64,000 bases of DNA. It comes from Phoronis australis (Eukaryota; Animalia; Phoronida). The notes beneath the pieces are model-generated. The model did not search any database. It saw only the letters and a program-made list of their open reading frames with translations, and was not told the DNA's origin. The stretch is from positions 863,338 through 927,337 of the forward strand of contig NMRA01000106.1 in assembly GCA_002633005.1 (NCBI GenBank), written 5' to 3'. Below are positions 56,557 through 64,000 of the stretch, piece after piece. The position numbers and the translations under genes are program-made. Every line of letters starts with the position of its first letter. Position 1 is the stretch's first letter.

Positions 56557-56704
56557 CATGGGCGGCGCACCATAGGGGGCTGGGGGCTTAATAGCCCCCC
56601 ACTTATTCAGTGTTACGCCGCATGTGGTCTATAGGTGGTGCATCACAGGAGGCCCGAGGGGGCTTTAGCCCCCCCCCACTTTTTTCAGTGCTGCGCCGCC
56701 CATG
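56557..56704. mobile_element. MITE (148 bp) with 13-bp perfect TIR and 5-bp TSD
   Basis: CATGGGCGGCGCA ... TGCGCCGCCCATG flanked by AACTA on both sides; two internal GGGGGCT..AGCCCCC hairpins. Confidence 0.9.
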
Positions 56705-58137
56705 AACTATACAAAGACAGATTAGAGAAGATAACCCAATTTCAGTCACAGTTAAGACCGAAATGTTTCAGGAAATTGGCCCTTGATCTTGCTGCAGTGG
56801 GTAATTTCCTGAGTAAATGCATCAAAATCGCAATTTTCTAGAAAATGTATACATAGACATTGTGTAAAGGAAAATTGTAATACATTCAGTGGTAGAGAAA
56901 AACGATTATTTGATGATTGTTCGCAACATATATAATAAATTTCTCATATTTACCAACACCCAAAAAGCCTATTTTACAGTGAAGACACTTTTCCAACATT
57001 ACCACTACTCATTACGCATCACCAAGTTTTCAGAACAAAATCCACGAATAATTGATAGTCTAAGAACATGGATCAGCGAATCTCAAGCCCACTAGTAAAA
57101 ACAACAACAAATTAAGTTATTTGTGCAACTAGTTAATATTGTAACTTAGTAAAAACTAACTAAGAGGTAACTCCACAGACTGTACTCACGACAAAAGCAG
57201 ATTAATCACATTTTGTTCCATAAAGAATAGAATAGCAAAAATTGAATTTTAATTTAAAGAATACTTTGCGACAATAAAGAAAAATCTCCACTCGTTGAGT
57301 GCTTTATTTTTTTTTTGCCCAACACTAAATCAACACAATGTGCGAGTCCAGCACAGGTAACCACTTCATGGTGCACTTTTGCACATTTTCAAAATGTTAC
57401 AAATTTGTGTTTTGTTTATCCTTTACAATGCTAATGAAAAGCAAAAACAATCCAAAACATATACTATAGGTAATCCAGCCAAACAAAGTAGCAAATACTA
57501 ATAGAAAACTGACAATTTTTGGCAACAAACCCGCCTAATAATACAATTGAAGAAAATTTTAAGTGATACCTTATCCTGATTTAAAACTTTGCTTTCTCTG
57601 ACTGACCCAAAACAAAACTAAAAAACACTTGCCATAGACTGAATTTGATTCACTTTTTAGGTGAACTGGCTAAGACAATTGATTGGTTCTTATTGACAAC
57701 TACCAAACCAACCAGATGTCTCACTCCATTGATTTGAATGACCCCGCGGAGTGAATCAAGTGCATCCAAATGAAACATAAATGTGCAAGGTAATAGATAA
57801 TAATAGTTGCATGCACCAGCTTGCACAAGGAAAATAAATCTTTCAAGAGCCATCAATCTCATTTTGGCCATATCCTTACTGCAGAGTAAGTACCATGAGC
57901 AGATGACAGTCTTCAATTCCACCTTGACAGGACACAAGTCCTCCACAGATAAGTTACTAGACATGACTGTTAGTGGTATTCATTTATGTAGTCCAGTCAA
58001 CCAGAGCAACACATGTTAAATGCCTTGCTCAAGGACATAACTACAGCAACCCACAACCTTCTGGTTGAGACTCCATACAACCATTGAGCTAGTAGACATT
58101 GTGTGTGCATGGACAACAAGCTATACGTCGTTATCAA

Positions 58138-61100
58138 TTAAAGCTTGACAATCATAACCGTGATGTTGTCTGCAGATCCACTTCTATATGCTTGTAAAAC
58201 AATACTTTTGGCACCAAAGTCCGGCTCATGCAGCCTCTGTTTGATGAAGTCCACCGCTTGTTCATTAGTGAAAAAATCCCATAAACCATCCGTGGCTAGA
58301 AGGATGAATTTAGGCTTGTGCTCCTTGAGGTCGAATGTGAGGATCTCAGGTTCTGCTGTGAGAAAGTTCTGCTCCTTTAAAGGAAAGTCTCCTAGCGCTC
58401 GCGACGTGGCAAGCACTCCTGCCACTCGCCAAACACCAACAAAACTTACGAAACCGCCAGCGGCCTCGATTCTTTTTCTCTCTTTAACCTGGAAAGTTTT
58501 CAATCTCATTACTATCACTCATTTCTTTCTGACCCAGCAAAAACCAACTCTTCAAAAGAAATATAACTCTAGGTACACCGTCTGCAATTCCAAGCATTTC
58601 ATCAAAACCAAATACATTACTGAAAATAATGAGATGAACAGATGCATTGTAAGAGTAGCTGTGAGCACTAAAATGTCAAGGCATTTTAATTTTTAAGTGC
58701 GGTGTACACCGCAGTACTTTAGATGAGTAGATTTTATGTGAGCAAAATAACTGCACATAGATTTTACAGTGATGTTTTGTTAATCCTTTACAAAACAACA
58801 TATGGGACGACAAAACTGGGTTTACAAATGAGACTATTTTCATGAACTTGGAATAGGATCAAAAGCATGCAAACACAGCAAATAGTGATTAGTACTATTC
58901 TTACTTAGCAGTCAAAAGCAGTGGTCTTACCCATAAATTACTACACAATGCAAACTTAGTTAAAAAGAAAATCCTTTACGAGTCATTAGGCTCACTGGGG
59001 GATTTGTTTCTGTAGGGTGAACGGATTACTTATTCAACTCTTTCTGGATATTCATTGCAAATCAATTCCTAGAAATGGTTTAAACATATTTTTACAACTG
59101 AGTCCCACTGTAGCACTGCAGTTTAAGCGCCTTATTCACAGACACAACCACATAACTACAGCAGCCAAGGACTGAGCCTTGATCTTTTATTGAGTTGAGA
59201 TTCCATCACATTAATTTCTGGCCACACTGGCACTGCAATAATAGATGTTTTACAGACCTGTACGTGTACCTTTTGGAAGAAAATACCCTCTTTTCGTTTG
59301 AACAATTTGCAACAAACTGAGCTGACAGCAAGAGTAAACTACACACGCACATCTCAATATTAAGTAAATACTGGTCAAACACTGTACTGACTTAATGTCG
59401 AAACCAATTCTCCAAGTATACTTATGTTGAGCCAATAGCGAATGTGCAAATCTCAATGCGCACGCCCCACACCAGTTCCTCTCTATTGCATTCTGAGACA
59501 GTATGTACGCCTAGAAACAGCGTGAGAGTTTCTATACGGAAGAGATTATTGCAGCTGATTATGAGCATAATGTCACCCGGGCCCGGTTTCCAATCTCCGT
59601 ACTCAGACTCGAATTACTCACACTTCATACTCAACTCGAGTACAGACTCAGCTTTGGTGTATTCAATGTCATACTTTAAAAATCTATACTCGAAATTTCG
59701 AGCACTGTACTCAAATTTCGAGTATACTCGAAGTGAAGTGTATCAATATTTCGAGTACGATTTTGAGTAAAAATTCCGAGTATATGCTCCAAATTTCAAG
59801 TTTGGTTTGGCGGCATGCTTGAAATCGTACTCGAAAATAAATATGGCGGATGTGAGACACAGACAAATTATTCCATGAGCTAAAGAAGAAAATATCGAAA
59901 AACCACTGACAGAAACAGCAAATCTGGAAAATTTAAGTCCTCATACCCTATTTCAGTGCTTGAGACAATAGTTTTCATTTTAAATCTTCTTCAACTTAAC
60001 CCGCCGTATCACCGCACTTCATTGCCGCCAATTTTTAAAGTCTTTCTTACTACGATTCCTGGAAACTGGCGAATGCTAATCCCATGTCGACGAGTTATTA
60101 CAAGGGTCAAAAGCAGCTGTGGGGTGGGGATTGCAGTGATTGAAGTGCGTGTGCAACCGTTTGTCAGTTTCCTAAAGATGAGGAAAGTTAAAAAAACAAT
60201 TTGCTTCACTGTCATATTTCACATCATAGTTTAGTCATCAATAATTCCTCAATCCCCAAATGATATTCCAGATTTTGTTTGCCGATTTATGAGTAGACGT
60301 CTCGTTCCATTCACTGATGAACTCGATCTGAATGCGTGTAGACGTGCTCCAAATGTCAGCTAACTTAATACATCCCGGTAAATTGCAAAGATACAGTATC
60401 AAAGTTTTGACATCAGTGTAGGCCTACACGGCAATGGGTTCTATGCAAGAGAGAACAGGGGTTGACCAGTAGCCAAACAAATGTGGCCCAAAAATGTCGA
60501 CTTAAGTTTCGGGCTGACGTGAACAACCGGTTTACTAGATAAGAACACCACCACTGGCAATTAGGGTACAAACTTTTGAAATTCGACTCCCGTCAAGAAA
60601 ATATGCAATTCGAACTCTCCCTTAAAAATGTTGGTTGCAGGGTTGTGATATGGTACCCGACTCCCGTGCCTGGGTCACCGGCCCACCACTGCAGTAAAAA
60701 AGATAATTTCAATATGCCGTCAATCGTTGGTGTGACCATGACAATTTTAGGGGTAAATGAGTCAAGTGTAGGGGAGAAGGCCCCCTGACTAAATCAGACA
60801 TTGAGATTTTGGCTGTTCCACTCTGGCCGACTGCCAAGTGACTTTCTTTGATAAGCTGTTTCAAATATCTTGAGACATTTTCCGGGAGATAAGGAACTCA
60901 ACTTAAAGTAAAGCTTAATAATTGGCAAATGTATTAAAAAATGAAGAATATTGTATCATAAAGTTGAAACTGAAAAAATGAATAACAGTTACAGAACACT
61001 TAGCATTCCACGTTATACTCTTGTAATTGTAGCGAGAGCTGACGATAACATCGTTGCTAGGGTAGTCGATGTGAATATAGGGAGCACTGAATCAGCGCGA

Positions 61101-61963
61101 CTTTGCGTGGTTTTGCATTTCTCATCATAAATAGTTCCATAGCAACTCGAGTACGATTCTCAGATTTGAGTACGTTTGGAGTCTACTCGAAATGTGACAT
61201 TAATTATGCTTTTTCGAGTACGACTCCAGAGAGCACAATTTTGAGTATGAAAGCTCAAGTATGAGCATGAGTCTGAGTACGGAGATTGCTGACTGGACAC
61301 GGGTTGAACACAGTCACAGTCGACAGAGGAAGGGTGCGGCAACGTTGACTTTATTCATTTCCAAAACATTTCTATAATAAAATACAGTTGCATGCTTTCT
61401 GCACTAGTTATTCGTTTAATATTAATTTTTTGATAAGAATTCAATTAAAATAACTTTATTGACCACTTCTGTGCTAAACATTAGTTACAACAACACCCAG
61501 CAACACTGTACACAATCGGTTGTCAAGCAATAGAGGCATTCATTTCCCATAATGCAACTGCGGCGGCAAATTCAAATATGGCGGATTTGTACATTCGCTA
61601 TAGGAAACATTCTACATACAACTCTCTAGAATTGTAAGAGCACAAAAGCGTCATTCACTTGACTATTTCTAATCAAGACAACTGACCAATACTTAAGCAT
61701 ATTGGCTTGCACTCTCTGCATGAGTTGGGTGCCTGGGAAATTACATGATTTTTCAAATAATATTTTTTAATTGCTTAGCCTTAGAACTATATTTTTCAAT
61801 TACATAGATATGAAACAATTTATAATACTTACTTGATATGGTTTATGGTCAAAAGATAGAGGTACAACTTTATCGCTGTGATCACACATCACGCCCCTTG
61901 AATCACCCACATTAGCAACAGTCAGCGTGGTCTTGTTTGCAAGAGCTACAAGTGCTGTAGTTC
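58138..61963 (-). CDS. PPM1L: Protein phosphatase 1L-like (PP2C-epsilon), last two coding exons; 5' part lies beyond the right edge
   Basis: Exons 61963-61833 (GTTALVAL...VANVGDSRGV...PLSFDHKPYQ) and 58488-58138 (ERKRIEAAGG...LATSRALGDFPLK...LATDGLWD...LHEPDFGAKSIVLQAY...DNITVMIVKL*). DHKPYQ and EP.FGAKSIVLQ recall PPM1L specifically. Confidence 0.92.
59576..61303. mobile_element. Non-autonomous DNA transposon (~1.7 kb) in PPM1L intron
   Basis: Inverted ends CCCG...CAATCTCCGTACTCAGACTC and GAGTCTGAGTACGGAGATTG...CGGG, with dense subterminal TACTC(GA)/(TC)GAGTA repeats at both ends; no transposase recognised. Confidence 0.75.
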
Positions 61964-62829
61964 CTACAGCAAATAGTAATAATCCCATAGTTATATACGG
62001 TACCATTATTAAAACTGCATCTCTTTTATAATATTTAGCAGTCAAAAAGAACCAAAGCAAGCGAATATACAGTGGGACGACTTGTACTCAAGGGAAAATC
62101 CCGACAAATTATACAAAATTATTAAAATTATGTATATGCTAATTTACACCTGTCAATGATTAAGAAAGGGAACAAAGCGGAGGCTTTGGGTGCTTTCTTA
62201 TTTAGTCTTCATTTCAACCAATTTCAATGAAGAAATGAGGACTCCAAGAACAAGGAAAAATGTTTAGGGTACCACCAATTGGAAAGAAATTTCTACTTTC
62301 CCAGAATGTGCTTTTGTAATAAATAATATCAAATAACATTCTATTCTAAATAGATATGACAACATTGGACATAATCTGAAATGTATTCAATGATATTGGT
62401 TATAGTGCTTATATCAAAATCCGGGATTTGTACTTTAGAGAGAAACACTTTTGATGAATCCAGTCAATGTGAATTTGCTTTTTGCTGAACAGGGCTAAAT
62501 ACCTGCGTTTAGACAGATATTTTTAGCCTTTTGATAATAAAACAGCATTTACACGGTAAACTAAAATAAATGAAAGCGCTCCGAGGAGCGAGACTTGGCG
62601 AAATTAACCGAAAACATGACGATAAAGATGACGACGAATATGGCAATGATCGTGGCCATGATGAGCATTATGACATCATTCATATGACGAACGTAGAGGT
62701 CAGAAATCAGTAAGAAATAAGCTACAGTCTTGAGCGACACTTGGCGAAATTAACTGAAAAGACGACGACGGAGATGATGACGAAGATGACGAATATGATG
62801 ACAATGGTGATGAGGATGAACAACATCAT

Positions 62830-64000
62830 AAAGAAGGTGAAAAGCCTTCCAAATATTTTCTTCACTTGGAAAATAGGCATTACACAAGTAAGTTTATGCC
62901 TTTTTTGTGGAAATCTGACAATACTAAAACCAATAGTGAAGAAGAGGTTATTCAGGAAACCAAAACTTTTTATGAAAATCTATACAAATATAGACATACT
63001 AACAATACTTCTTTAAAAACTCTTCTTGATAATGTTTGTGTCTCCAAGCTGAATGAGACAGAAAAAGAAAAATTAGAAGGTCTTCTTACATATGAAGAAG
63101 TCACACAATGCTTGAAAAAAATGAAAAACAACAAAAGCCCAGGCTCTGATGGTTTTTCAGTGGAATTTTTGAAATTTTTTTGGGCTGACATTGGACATTT
63201 CGTTGTTCGCTCACTTAATACAGGTTTTGCTGTTGGCCAGTTATCCTCAACACAGAAAGAGGGAGTGATCACCTGCATCCCTAAGGGAGCAGATAAAAGT
63301 AAACATTATTTGAAAAACTGGAGACCCATATCCTTGCTCAATGTGACATATAAATTGGCTTCTTCGGCAGTAGCTGAACGGTTAAAATCCGTTTTGGGAA
63401 AAGTAATCAGTAGGGATCAGACAGGTTTCGTTTCTGGAAGAAATATGAACGAAAATATCCGAGTGCTATATGATTTAATGTTTTATGCCCAGGCAGCTAA
63501 CAAACCTGGATTGCTTTTGCTGATTGATTTTGAGAAAGCATTTGATTCATTGTCGTGGAATTTTATTCAAAAAACTTTATCTTTCCTTAATTTTGGTTGG
63601 TCGATCAGAAGGTGGGTGAAAGTCTTTTACAGTAATATTAAGTCCTGTGTTGTCGTAAATGGTCACCCATCTTCTTGGTTCAATATTTCACGTGGCTGCA
63701 GACAAGGTGACCCATTGTCTCCCTACATTTTTATATTGTGCGCGGAGATTTTGGCGTACTTAATCAAGAATAATAAAAATATTGCTGGTGTAGTTGCTGG
63801 GAATAAGGAATATTTGATTTCGCAATATGCGGACGACACATCAATTACGTTGGATGGGTCGAATTTGTCATTGACTACCACACTGAATGTACTACATTTG
63901 TTTGCTAGTGTCTCCGGTCTCCAAGTGAATGTGGATAAAACAAAAGCCATATGGTTTGGAAGTAAAACTGGTAGTGATGACGTGATTCCTACAAAAGAAA
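62830..64000 (+). mobile_element. 5'-truncated non-LTR retrotransposon, L1/Tx1-type ORF2 reverse transcriptase; continues beyond the right edge
   Basis: Open frame (62758 to the window end): EGEKPSKYFLHLE...KSPGSDGF...CIPKG...KNWRPISLLNVTYK...DQTGFVSGR...IDFEKAFDSLSW...RGCRQGDPLSPYIF...SQYADDT. No endonuclease domain upstream. Confidence 0.95.

Overview
Intron-rich, AT-rich animal genomic DNA from a draft assembly with N gaps. It is most likely a marine invertebrate bilaterian, but that is inference. Five spliced genes were reconstructed by hand from GT-AG boundaries, with reading frame checked across exons: (1) the 5' part of an EYS (eyes shut)-like secreted EGF protein (minus, runs off the left edge); (2) a complete POLR2A/RPB1 with its heptad CTD (plus, head-to-head with gene 1); (3) a complete ETFDH (minus); (4) a gene whose short N-terminal exons (1-2) are missing from the ORF track, which I interpret as an Scm3/HJURP-family CENP-A chaperone (plus, head-to-head with ETFDH); and (5) the last two exons of a PPM1L-like PP2C phosphatase (minus), with a 5'-truncated Tx1/L1-type LINE in its intron. 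Gene 4 is the main finding: it has an N-terminal Scm3 motif, an acidic 18-aa repeat, a CDK-site cluster and a C-terminal Cys4 motif of the kind seen in fungal Scm3. The window also has several MITE-like elements and minisatellites, and two duplications at N gaps that look like uncollapsed haplotypes. Family assignments rest on remembered motifs, not on database searches.
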